Source: Trichosphaerium sp. ATCC 40318 (Eukaryota; Protista; Tubulinea). From it: a stretch of DNA of 64,000 nucleotides. This document shows, in pieces, positions 37,630 through 50,059 of the stretch. How positions within the stretch are numbered: position 1 is the first letter of the stretch; the number at the start of each line of letters is the position of its first letter. The position numbers were made by a program, and so were the translations under genes. A model generated the notes under the pieces. It worked only from the letters and a program-made list of their open reading frames with translations, did no database searches and was not told the DNA's origin. The stretch spans positions 558,001 to 622,000 of the forward strand of contig JALMLS010000216.1 in assembly GCA_038496445.1 (NCBI GenBank), read 5' to 3'.

Positions 37630-39791
37630 TCACGTTTTGGCTTTTGATTTATTGAAGCTGTTTAAAAATCGCTTCAGATTAGGTAAAGTACTTCGTAGAG
37701 GAAGAACATCAAGACCACGTGCGTGCATCAACTAGAGTGGATTAAAAAGATGAGAAAACAACAAGTGGACGTACTTGTTCGAGGTTCTTGTTCAAAAGAA
37801 ATACAGCATACTCAAAGCGAGTCCTATCAGATCCTCTAGAGTACAACTGATAGTTTCCTTTGTTTAAAATTTCATCTTTTATACTTGATCGAGAGCACAT
37901 TGGTGTCATTTGATATCGTAAAGGAATCTACAAAAAAAAAATAAGTTTTGCATTCAAATCTTTGATTTGTATTTGCACGTACTTCTATGTGTCGTGCTAG
38001 TAAGTCTAACATGTGACAAACATAGCCTAAAGCTGTAGCAATCTTTTCTTCATCATATCCAGCAAATGCATCAGAATTAGGAAGTGAAACACCATTTATA
38101 GCTAGAACACCTTCATATTCTGTACTTTTAGTTATTTTATAGATACACCCGAGTTCGTAAATGAATCGGTTAAGATGAAATTGATTGTGTCTTTGTTGCT
38201 TCTTTAGTTCTTGCCTAAAACATTTATGAGTGGTCATGTTTTGTTAAATAGTTTATAAGCTTTTGGCGGTTGTCTTTACGTACTTCTCTTCATCTAGATT
38301 GAACTTTTCTTCCTTCACTTCCTTTTGACATGCTTGTAGTTTTACTTCAGCCATTTTTAACTTTTGTACACGTGGAAGTAACCTTGATTTCATTGCATCT
38401 AATCTCGCTTTTTCTGAAGAAAAGAAAAAAAGCAGGTCAGTACGAAAAATTCTGAAGATTTGGAAAAAAGTTAAAAAGGAGACAGAATCTACGCACTCTC
38501 TTTGATAATAGCATTTTCATTCTCCAGTTCTCGCTTTAATAGTTCTATTCGACTACGTTTCAAGTCGTTTTGAACCTCCTAGACCAACAACGAGAAGTTA
38601 GTTACTGAGCCTTGAAAAAAAAAAAAATCGTACAGCGTCTAAAAGTGACTCTTGAGATTGAAGTAGTGTCTGAAGATTACTACGAACTTTTTTTAATTCT
38701 TCTTGACTCTGTCTCTTCTGCTTCAGCTGCTGTACAACTCTACAAAAAAAAATCCAAAGTCAATAAATACCAAATATAGGCTAAACACTTACTCCAACGT
38801 TTTTGATCGTGGACATGACAGCTATGTATCAGCGTAAATAACATTTGATGCTCTACACAATCTTTTACCTTTTGTCTTTGCTGTCGTCGTTTCGCATCTT
38901 CTTTTAGTGTTTCTATATCAACCTCTGTTATTGCGCCACGTTGTACCTACAATAGAGTGAAAGTGAGTATCTACTGAACTAATACTTGAAAAAAAACCCC
39001 AAAACACCCCGGCACACCGCTGCTACTAATAAAACACGTACCAGTTCTTTGTATTGTTTACTTAGCAAGTAGTGGCCATCAAATAGCTTAAAAATAATTG
39101 TATTGGAGGCAAGTGACACTTGCTCCTAGAATAACCAGTTAGCACAACACGAGATGCTTAGATTCTAGCGTCAAACGTACCAACTTATCAATATATTGAA
39201 GTTTAGCAAGGTTCACCTTAGATTTCATACAACACCTTGGTTTTTCGTATGTAGTATCCCAAACGCATATAATGAATACTATAGCAACATTTATGTCAGT
39301 CTACAAAAAAAAAAACAATAATTGAAGCGTGCCAGTCGTTTCTTTTGGTAGGACGTAATCAAAGTCCTCGTAAGAAAAGTGGCGCCACACAGGGTTCTAA
39401 TTAAGCCGTTTAGCGTTGCTATGAGCAACAATAAAAAAGCGACATGTCGTGCATTTGAATTTTGTATAACTTCACTTTTGTAAAAAGGCTTTTCGACCTC
39501 TGTTACGCCAACTACATCTTTTCCTGTGCGAAGTCAACGTTTTACGATGGTTTTGAATTTGTTAAGTAATTTTACTGGCGTTACAAGCTAAATATATGCG
39601 CACGTTCGTGAAGAGTAAAATACCAGTGCATTAGGGTGGGTTGTTCATTTTCAAAGCGTAAATCGAAAGCGGATATACTTCTCAGGTGCCTTACGCGTTT
39701 CTAATACAATAGTGAGTAAATTTGGTACGTGTTTGTGTAATACAAATTGTTGGGGTAGATTTCCTGGACCATTGACGCTCTCCTCCGTCAT
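37630..39791 (-). CDS. UVRAG: UVRAG/Vps38-like PI3K complex II subunit, multi-exon
   Basis: RVRHLRSI, YFTLH, FYKSEVIQNSNNPVW, PSNTIIFKLFDGHY, coiled coil, IATALGYVCH, LRYQM..SRSSIKD, RFEYAVFLLNKNLEQL, TLPNL. Confidence 0.9.
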
Positions 39792-39888
39792 ATCGCAATT
39801 TGTGCATTCACACCTAGCGACAGGCACCAAACATTTTCAAAACGACACTTAACGTTTATTGATAAGCTAGAATTCGCGGCCCGACTCA

Positions 39889-42800
39889 ATGGAGACGCCT
39901 AGAGGGCGTTTAGGGGTAGAGTCCATATTTATTGTCTCTGTTACAGAGGTAATTTCGCAAAAGCTAAATTTCGCATACTTATAAGACCGTAGAACGCTCT
40001 AGGAGCTTTTGATAAGGAAAGCGTTGGTTCTATTACTAAAGTTGGCGTTCACAGTGACTCCATACAAATAACAGACACTGTACGCTGTTTCATCGCTTTA
40101 TATTACTTTGGCAGTTAAATGTGTTGTTAATTTAGCCGTTTAGGTAAAATACAGATCAGTTTACCTTGGTTCACATCAACTACCTCTTGTCAGCATATTT
40201 GCTTCTCTACAATCTACATTTCTCTTACTTTTTGATAAACTCGACAATACCATCACTAAAAAATTACACGATATTGCTGTAGATGTAAGGTAAGAAGAGC
40301 TCTTTGGTTCTAATTAAAAACAATTCCATAGCTAGGAGTAGTGTTGGAGAATTTAGTAATTTTTCTGGTTTTTTTTTAATTGACAATTAAACATTAGGGC
40401 GAAAGCGTACAAGGCAACTATTATTCTATGTGGTGTTCGTATAAAACCATCAAGAAAAGAGATTGCTAATCTTACCGAAAGCGTTCGTTCGTTAAATATA
40501 AACGCAACATTTTTAATAAGTACGTAAGCTAAATAGTACCCGAAACGGGCCATTTTTATTTTTCGCACGTGATTTTTATTTATTTATTTTTTATGTTTAA
40601 TGAGTTGTAGGCGATAAGCGGAAGACATCAGGTTATACAGAACTCAAGACAGCGCTCATAAACGCTTCTCTAAAGCGAGGAAAATGCCGATATCACGAGG
40701 CGATTAAAACAGTTCTAGATGCACCTACATCAGCTTTCATGGCCAAGAAAACGTTCAATGAGTTGTGTAAGAAAGCAAAGGTCGCAGAAGAAGACATACA
40801 ATTGGTTTTAGAGGAAGTTATAGATACTGGCTTGGCACAATACTCTCCGAAATGTAACACGCTACTTTGGGAGCCAGATGTTTTGTTTTCTTTCTTTGAT
40901 GCTATTCGATCATTACCAGAACCTCTAGTACCTTTAGAGACTCTTGTTAAACAGTTTGGAAAAGAACCAGACAGCATGGAGTTTCAAGTATCGCTCGAAC
41001 TTTGCTGGGGAAATTCAATTATTTATGTTAAAACACCTATGAAAGAAAGTAGAAATGGTAAAGGATATGATCTTCGCCCTATGCTCTTTGCACCTCTCTT
41101 GCTATCTCCGCGCCCTCCCAAATATCTAAGCAGTTTTTTAAAGCCTAGCAAAGACGGTGAAGGTTCGGAAGTAGCACAACAGTGGGTATTTGTATCTGAT
41201 ATCCCTGATCTTGTATTACACCGTGTTTTGCTTCATCTCACAGGCGTTTCAAAGGTACACAGATTATTACTATAAATACTAAACTTTGTTCTTTTTCTCA
41301 TGCTGTGAAAGGTACGCGTGAGAGACATTTGGCGTCAAGGGATTATCATTGATTCTGACACTGAAGAAATTGCTGTTTTTGCACCTACAAAAAATATACT
41401 ACGTGTAAAAGCAAAGGAGTATCTAAGGTAAGCTTATCATTGTTGTATCATTCGAGAATTATGGTAACAGAAATCGTAGCCCTGCTGATTGGACTTTGTT
41501 TCTTCAAGCAATTGAAGCAGTTGAAGGAGGATTACAGATCAATGGTGGAGACCGAGTAGAAAAGCGTCAAGTTGTTGTACCTCGTTCTAAGGGATCAAAG
41601 AGTGTTGATACATATTCTATGGATGATGTTTATAAACAAGCCTTTGCAGGTACAAAATACAACGCGAAAGATGATAAGTTGGAACGTTTGTATTTAAGTC
41701 GTTTTTAGGGTCAACGCAAATACAACTTAATATTGCTTTGACTTGTGATGTTAATGATGTAGCACCTGATCTAGGATTTGTCACCAAGAAACTATGTGCT
41801 GTTAAAGACATAGTTGTAGTAGCACAAAAGTGAGTGTTTTACAAGTACAACACTTGGAGGTATTGGTTTTTAACTGTATCTTGTTTAGGGAGTCTGAAGG
41901 AAAGCTTAAGGATGAAGTTGTCACAATACTTACAGATACAAGCTCTATGATCGAATTATCACGACGAAATCTTCTCCTCAGGTACTTACTATGAACATTT
42001 GAGTTTCATGTGCTTTTCACGTGCAAACCTTTTTTCGTTTGGAGAATTAAGTGCTTGTAGGCGATACACTCAATCCAATTTTGCAAAATATCGAGGTATA
42101 TCCACATCGCCTAAAGGTCTTGTGTTTGTAAAGCAAGAGCGAATGCATAAAATCATGCTTAAGGTACAGAGAGCTATTTGTCTTTTGGCTAAATTCAACT
42201 TTACTTAAACAACAATAGAAAAAGTGGAGTTGGAAACAGCGTATTGCTGGTGCCATACAATTAGCTAATGGATTACATATTTTACATTCTCAGAATCCAC
42301 CGCTCATTTTACCAGAGCTGAGATCATGGGTCGTTCGTGTACGTTCATATTTCTTTATTTTTCAGTGAGCATTACCTTTGACTCTTTTTTTACAACAGGC
42401 GAGTTTAAACAAACGTGATAAACCTGAAGTTAAGATTGGTATCTCACAAGCCAGATATGTTTACGGAGAACCATTGAGATCTATTTTAAGAATATCAGGA
42501 AATAGATTCCGCTTCAATCCACCTGAAGTAATCAACTCAAACTTGGCGATAGATCAAAGGTGATTTCCTCCATCGAGTGTCTGTTATTTTTAATAGTGTC
42601 TTAGGGCTAATATATACAGTCTTGGTATATTACTTTGGGAGATTGCAAAGTGGGATGGATCTCTACCATTCTCAAGCTACAAGGAATATCTCGAATCTGA
42701 AAAGGAAGAAGAATTGAAGGAGAAGGAACTTCAAAATCAAGAATTGCTTGATCATTACCGTCAAAATGGTACCTCCTCTCAGATTATGTAGGATCTCTTC

Positions 42801-43132
42801 CTAACATGTCTAAAAGGTATACACATCAAGGGTAATGTGGCAGTTGTACAAACATGGGATAACGCTCGTCTAATGGTTCGAAAACTTTGTTTCTTTTTCT
42901 TTTTTAATTCTTAACTTTTTTTTGTTCTTAGAAAGCTATTTGCAATGAAAGCCTTAGACCAGCAATAACAGATAGTATGCCTCCTGGATACGTAAAGATA
43001 ATGAAAAGGTGTTGGTCTGGAAATGTTGATAGAAGGCCTAATATGCATGAAGTCATTAAAGCGCTTGAAGGAGTTAGCAGTAAATTAAAAGATAATAGAA
43101 AAAAAGCTTCATTAAGAAGTCATAAAGACTAA
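39889..43132 (+). CDS. Roco-like protein (degenerate Roc, COR, TKL-type pseudokinase), multi-exon
   Basis: COR-like EPDVL..F, LFAPLLL, IPDLVLHRVL, DIWRQGIII; kinase CAVKD, HPILQN, IAGAIQLANGLH.LHSQNPP, RFNPPE, ANIYSLGILLWEI, IMKRCW..RRP. Confidence 0.72.
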
Positions 43133-43337
43133 CAACAATATGATATTGTAGCTCCCAGCAGCATTGATAACAATAATAATATTCTGTATTTCTTTTCCTC
43201 GTGTATATTGGGTAGCTTCAGTCTAGACTAAATCACGTGCATTGCTTTGTAGCTCCGTTAAAAAAGTGCCTGTTTTCCGTAGTGTCGTTCACAGAATTCG
43301 TTGCTATAAGTCAGGTGATGGTCAATTTGCTCTGAGC

Positions 43338-45064
43338 ATGGCAGAGAAGGTAACCAAGCCGTTGCAAAACGTGTTTGAGCTAGAAAGCGGTATAGTAAAG
43401 CTAACTGTAACTAAAAAACTAAAATTTGATCCTAGGGCGCTATCCAGGATGTGTAAGTCTTCCTTACGCGTTATCAAAGTGTAAAACTGAAGCAACGATC
43501 AATGGTTTTATATCTGAATTAAATAAAGCAGGAGTACCAGTCTCACCTTCAACTGCATGTATAATAGCGAACACGCATACAGAAACACTACTTGATAGAT
43601 TAACAATCGGTGTGGCCGATTTACATGCCAGTATAGAAACAGCAAACCGCTTATTCAAAGATAAAGGCTCAGGCGATAGTAAAGGCGATACACAAACGCA
43701 AAAAACAGAAGAGTCAACTTTGCATGAAGAGTTGCCTGCCCCTTTTGATCTATCATCCGTACAAACGTTTCCTTTAGACAAGGCGAAATTCTCATGCAAA
43801 ATTGAGGCGTTAAATGAGTCTGACACCTTTTTCACCGGATTTGTTGAGGTAAGAATTCTATGTTTTTGTGACAAAATCAGTTGCTGACTTAATACAGGCA
43901 AAAATAGACGCTGGAGCAATAAAAAGAACTGTTATAAGTTCTATCATAATGAATAAGTTATCTAGTAACTACTCAAATACCAGTAATCCATTCACAGTCT
44001 CTTGTGATGGAGAAATAGTAAAATGTAAAGTACTTCTTTTTTTTTTTTTCATGCCTTCCTTTTTGTATTAATTGATTTCTCTAGCACCTATTGAACTTAT
44101 ACGAGCTCTTAAATCATCAGGACATAAAATAAGTGTTTGGATAGAACGAAGGCTTGCAAATTTTTTCCCTCTTTGGATAGAAGAAGATGGTTTAAAGGAG
44201 GTTCCTGTCCCACTAATGTTGAAACTCGAGCACTTCTTAGATAGCGCTGGACACCCTGCAATAATCCCATGTACACGTTATATTCAATATTTAACATAGG
44301 TACTGACTCTTGCAGCCCCACACACAGAGCTTGTTGTTGAGATAAGGCCACCTGATACGAAAAAAGAAGGACAAGTTGAACTTGACACATGCCTAACTTG
44401 GTACCAATTGTTTTCTTTAATCGTCACTCTAATGTTCCTGATAAGGTACTCTGGTACACATGGTATTGGATTTAATCCGCGCATGTACGAATATTCAGAC
44501 TGGGCAGGATTAAAGAAGCAAGGACCATACACTGGCGAACAAGCTGAGCAGTTTGTTGAAGTACAAGAAAATTAATATACACTCAGAATTGATGATCTAT
44601 AGCTGGCTTCATTGTTTGGTACTGTACTTATTGACTGTGGAAAGAAACACAACCTACACGCAAAAGGATACGGATTAACAGGTGTTTGCGCAGACTCAGT
44701 AGCTGTTCTCGAAGCGGCAGTACTAGGAACAGTTTCGTCATTTCCTTTGATGGTATAGTTTTGTTTTTATCTCACTGCTTACATGCTTCACTTCTAGATG
44801 AGTAAAGATATAGTTAATGCAGGCATAAACAATGGCGAGTCAAATACAAAGGACAGTCATTTAAAGAGCTTGTACAACACTTTGCGTAACGCTGTAAAAG
44901 CAATACCTTCTGATTCAGAAATCGATGTAAAGTCAGAACAGGCATTGCTTGAACAAGCTAAAAGAGCACTAATATCTGTAACATGTAATTCAAACCCTCC
45001 TTTTGTCTGTATAACGAACGCAATAGAAGCTCTAGAAACGGCTATAAAGCAACTGTCAAAATAA
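43338..45064 (+). CDS. Uncharacterised soluble protein with GRYPG / GYG..GVC.DS motifs, multi-exon
   Basis: Continuous spliced frame MAEKVTKPLQNVFELESGRYPG...APHTEL..HGIGF..KGYGLTGVCADSVAVLE...QLSK*. Confidence 0.65.
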
Positions 45065-45488
45065 ACGAGGGTGTTTCATAGACCACCTACCGCAAACACT
45101 CACATTGAATTGTGAAGATTTTTGAATCCAAAGCATGATTATTATACGCGACAGTCTGTGGATGGTGACTTACACCTGTGCTTGTAATAGTATCTCAAGA
45201 GGATGTTCATTTCGTGGTTTGTTCCTTGTTGTTGGACTAGGCGTTTCTCCTACGCTAGAGTACGTGTAGAAAATGTCAATGACTTTTGCTGGGCTGAAAT
45301 ATTGAACATCAATTATAGCTGTTACGCTTTTAGCTAGTAGACTCATTCAGGCGCGGTAGTACCTCATTTACCACGATGCTCATTGCTCGAACATCAGTTT
45401 TTGGGTTGCTCTTGATTTTGATCCCCAAAACCTTAGTTCGCTAGTATCAAAACAACAACTACTCAACTATCAAAGCAACACCTCCGCA

Positions 45489-46919
45489 ATGACAGAAACA
45501 AACCCTACAACTCAAGAAACAATGAACATCCCTACCGATATGCTCAAGACATGGTTGAGCAAAGTAAACAAGAACGAGACCCTCGACGAAGAAAGCTTCA
45601 AAAAAGTTTGCAAAGCAGTACGAAACGGCAACTGATTCACGTGTCTCCAACAGCCACTTACTCCTTTCTTGTTTACAGGTACAATCTAAATTTGCAGCCG
45701 AATCTTCTCTACTTCAACTGAAAGCTCCGATAATCGCTGTGGGAGATGTCCATGGAAACTTCAAAGACCTCAAAGGTACCAAAGCCGTTTTTTCACTCAT
45801 TTTCTAAAATGATGTTCACTTTTTCTTTCAATTCTAATTTGTTGCTCACTCCTTTTCTCGTAGAAGTATTTCGCATTGGAGGATCACCAGCTGAAACGAA
45901 ATACTTGTTCATGGGCGACATCGTCGACAGGTACGATCTTAATCACCCAACACTTCTAAATCGCTTATACTTTGTGTTTTAGAGGAGACAAGTCTGTACC
46001 TTGCCTTCAGTTGATCTTTCTTTTGAAACTCCTATTCCCAACCAACGTCTACCTTCTTCGCGGAAACCATGAATGCCGTAAAGTATCCGAAGTGTACGCT
46101 AGCTTCTTAGAGTAATGTTGGGCAATTTTCTGATGTTCAAATTTAGATACGGATTCAAGGCCGAGCTCTACACTATGTACAATAAGGCAGGTGATGATTT
46201 GCATGAATTGTGCTCCAGCGTATTCGATGCTTTACCTCTCGCTGCAATGGTTAACAACAAGGTACGATCTTTCATACTTGTTTTTTTCTTTTCTTACTTT
46301 GGTTTAGACATTTGTCGTTCATGGTGGATTATCGCCAAGTATTAGTACCTTGAAGCAAATTGCTGATATGCCTCGCGGATCTGATGTACCTGAACATGGT
46401 CCTGTTACTGGTACAATATTCTTTTCTTTGTTTTGTTTTTTGGCTTGGAAGCTAATAGCACGTGTAGACTTACTCTGGAGTGATCCTGATCCTAATGTGA
46501 CCTTATTTGGTATTAGCCCAAGAGGCGCTGGATTCGTATGGGGACCTCTCGTAACCAAGACTTTCTGCGATACCAACGGAATCGACGTGATCATTAGAGC
46601 TCACCAGCTTGTTAAGGAGGTACAATACAATTATATTTTTGTAAATGCTAATAATGTTTAAGGGATTCGAATACTCTCATGACAACCGCGTCCTGACCCT
46701 TTTCACTGCTTCTAATTACTGTGGAAAGTGTGAAAACAAGGGAGGCTTTGTTAAAATTGGTGCTCAACTCGAGAGAGAAATGTACGTTGTTTCCTGACAC
46801 TCTTTACAACTTATGTATTTACTTTTTTGTTCAGAGTTCAATTGGCCGTTGATGGTGCTTCCAAGCATGTTGATGAAGCTTCTGCTTTAATTGAATCAAT
46901 TGCCAAGCTCAGCATTTGA
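45489..46919 (+). CDS. PPP-family Ser/Thr protein phosphatase catalytic subunit (divergent PP2A/PP4/PP6-like)
   Basis: GDVHG, GDIVDRG, LRGNHE, VHGGLSP, DLLWSDP, SPRGAG, RAHQLV, FTASNYCG. Confidence 0.95.
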
Positions 46920-47709
46920 GAATCAATAATTTGGCCGATGATATTGAGATAGTTGTGTTAGAATGGAACGAAGATCAAACTCTGTTCTGGTACTATACCC
47001 AATTCTTCTTTTTAAACACGTGATGACATGACAACATTTTATATGTCAATCGTGATCTAACCCACACCACACTTCGGTTTTTTTAGGACGCACCTTCTTT
47101 ATTGGAAATTTTTTTTTATTCTTCGAGTTTGTTCTAATGTTGTTTTGTTAGGACAAACTGTTTTAAATATTCATCCGCCCAAGCTTAATTAATTAATCGT
47201 AAGTAGTAATAATTCTAATTAATCCTTCACCTTTAATAAACCCTGCATTTCAATACAACAAAGCGTATTTGGTTAATTTCTAGTCTGTTGTAATGAACCA
47301 CCCATGTTCTTACGAGATTCAGTTACCGTAAGGTACGTAAGTCATACAATGAAGGACAACATTGCAACACAAATAGTTCACATTGTGGTAGATCTACACC
47401 ATTTGACAGAAGTGTCAGATCTTGCTAGATCTGCTAAAAGTGCTGACACACGGCGCTATTTCGGGTATAAATGATTGTTAGAGTCCAGGTGTTAATATAA
47501 ACTAATCTCCACGTTTTTTCTTTGTTGAATGTTGTTTTGTCGCCCTGAGTTCGCTTTAACGTATTGGCTGTAGTAGATAGTGTAAAAAAAAAACCTCTAC
47601 TTTACATTGCTAACAAGATACAAAGTCTTCTTACTTCCTTAAACTCTTGAATTGTAATATTACACATTGATTTGGTTATTTTTTTCGTTGGTACTTTAAC
47701 TGTACTGGC

Positions 47710-47945
47710 AAAAAGACAATCTTGTCGTTTTGAGACAGCACCCGACTGCGCAATGGGGTGCCTTCAACATTCAGGGTTAATGAACGGTGCTGGAATAACG
47801 GTGTACGGTCTACACAAGTGGACATAGCCCAGTCCACATTTGATAGTGGACAGGGCACGCCTACTGTGTAGGTGGAGCATATGTAGCCAAGATGTTATTC
47901 CTTGGCACGGAACTGTATCTAGGCTACTGCAACACGTTTACTGCA
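47710..47945 (-). ncRNA. Candidate structured Pol III-type non-coding RNA of unknown class
   Basis: GC-richer island; two long hairpins (GTAGCCTAGAT/ATCTTGGCTAC; CTACACA..GTCCAC/GTGGAC..TGTGTAG, whose G-U pairs form only on minus), CAGCACC/GGTGCTG stem, terminal hairpin then TTTTT, TTATATAT ~25-30 nt upstream. Confidence 0.5.
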
Positions 47946-48449
47946 CACTGCTTTCCTCGCTGATATATAAGGAATATTGAAATACTTATGTACCATTCAT
48001 TTTTGGATAAAAATAAAAAGTGGTATTCAGAAATGTTGATAAAATACGATTTCAATCGCCCCACCATGTTACATTGGTGTTTATGAGCATGTTATATGTT
48101 CGTTTTATTGACCAAAGGTAAATTCAAGGACAATTTCATCTAATTCACTGAAATATCCAGTTTAATACTCCAAATATGGATAATGCACATTTCAAAACAC
48201 TCACAAACCCTTGTATTGCCTATTTTCATGCATACGAACGGTATCGATGATGTTTTGGTTCGCGAAACGTGCTGCTAAACGATTAATTGTATCATGCTTG
48301 TTCAGTCTGTCAGTGCGTAATGTCGACATAAAAAGTCAAATCGCACATTCATGTACTAGCTAAAGTGTAGTTTGCTTCCACTAATATAACCAAGAAGTAA
48401 TTTGTGAACCATGAGATTCGTGGTTTTTTCTTCTTTTTTATTTGTTACA

Positions 48450-49828
48450 TTATAAAGCTTGTATTGGTTTTGTTAATTTCAATTCTTCTTTTTTAACAAC
48501 CCAAAGCATAGCGTTCTTTAATAACGGCGCAAGCTCCATCGAGGAGTCTAATAAACGTGTTAAACAAACCTCTTTCTTGTTTCGCGCTCAAAAAAATAAA
48601 ACAGAAAAAACCGATCTTAGATATTTCGTACTTTCTGGGTGAGGACCTATGCCAAGTACTCTACCTTTACCAAGCGTTCCGCAAGCTCCTGCACCAGTAC
48701 CGACCATCTTTAACAACTTTGTTAAAACAAAACTACAAGGTCAATGTAACGGTACCAGTCCGTATTTTTTTGTGCCAATTTCTTCTTCATAGGTGAATAA
48801 TACATCAGCCGCTGGAACCTTTTCGCCTATTTCATTATCCAGAGCCGTTAGTGATTTATTATGTATAGTTATAAGTAAGCGTACTCTTTACAGGTTCATA
48901 AAGAACGCCTCCTCGAAAGAAAACCTTGAAATCACTATACCAATCGCCCAATATTTCTTTTCCTTTTGGTGTCATTCTTACCTTGATGTCGCCTATGCCG
49001 CGATCCCAATGCTCGCTATCGACTGTCCTAAATCATTATCAAATGATAAACAACTGTAAAAAAGAACAACAGTGAGAGTTGAAAGTAAGAAACAAAACAG
49101 CAAAAAAGCAGATGCAGCTAAACTCACGTTGCTCCCAGGAAATGTCCATATGGCTAAACTTGATCTTTAGTATAAACCACCACTCATTAATATATTTTTG
49201 TGCCTTTTAGACTAAGAAACGTACCTCAGAAGCTAACCAAGCACCTAAAATTAAAAGTTTAGAAAATACAGATTTTTTTCGAGCTTTCGTGTCGTACCAC
49301 AACACGTGCCCAGAAATCCGCCTCCATTTTTGATAAAGTTGCGTACAGCTTTAATACCCTTTGGAGCTGACAAAGCGTTATGATATACATTACTACAGGA
49401 TCAAGCGTACTCAATTTTTCTGTAACGTCCCATATTATGCCTCCTGGAAAGATAACAGCATCATAGCTTTCATTTGTAAGTTTTCCACTCTGAAAGTCCT
49501 CTGGGCCAAGCTAAGCATGCGGTTAAAGAGATTTGGGCTGTTATTGTCATACTTTCTCAATGTAGAACATGTCTTGGAGGCGAATAGCGAAATTATTAAA
49601 TCTGAAGCTTGTCAACGCGGTTTTACTACGTGTCCAGCGCACCTAGTTGCTTTGTTTTCAATTCTATCGAAATAGAAGGCAATTCTGTAGTTTAGTGAGT
49701 ATTGAGTGCTAATAATACAGCAATTACTTGGCTACCGCGGTTTCCTTATCGCCAACTGAATCACTATTTTTGTTCTTGCCTGTGAGCCTATTCGCCCACA
49801 TTGAAAGCTCACTACCCTCTGCAAACAT
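48450..49828 (-). CDS. Stand-alone BPL_N (biotin-protein ligase N-terminal, class I GATase-like) domain protein, multi-exon; missed by ORF track
   Basis: YDAVIFPGG, KGIKAVRNFIKNGGGFLGTCCGAWLASE, GKGRVLGIGPHPES. Confidence 0.82.
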
Positions 49829-50059
49829 ATCGGAGAACGATTCGTGTTGTTTCAAAGCGTATTGTTTGCGTTAAAACCAGTTCAATGAAAAGCTGCTTGT
49901 TTGGCGTGTCGTAGAGCGATTTATACTCTCACAACACCCTGAATACACGGAAAAACAATTTGACGTTTCGGTAAAAAGCTAATTGACATTTTGTTGACTG
50001 ACACTCTTAAATCCAACTATTACTCGCCCCAAAACAGCTAGCTATAGGTTTATAATGTT

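Noticed and set aside
47676-47858. 60-aa minus-strand ORF
   Set aside because: Non-ATG start and no protein-like features; region is better explained by RNA secondary structure
47945-47965. GAGGAAAG (minus) resembling RNase P/MRP CR-I
   Set aside because: No complementary CR-V/P4 partner found downstream; it lies between the TATA-like box and the presumed start
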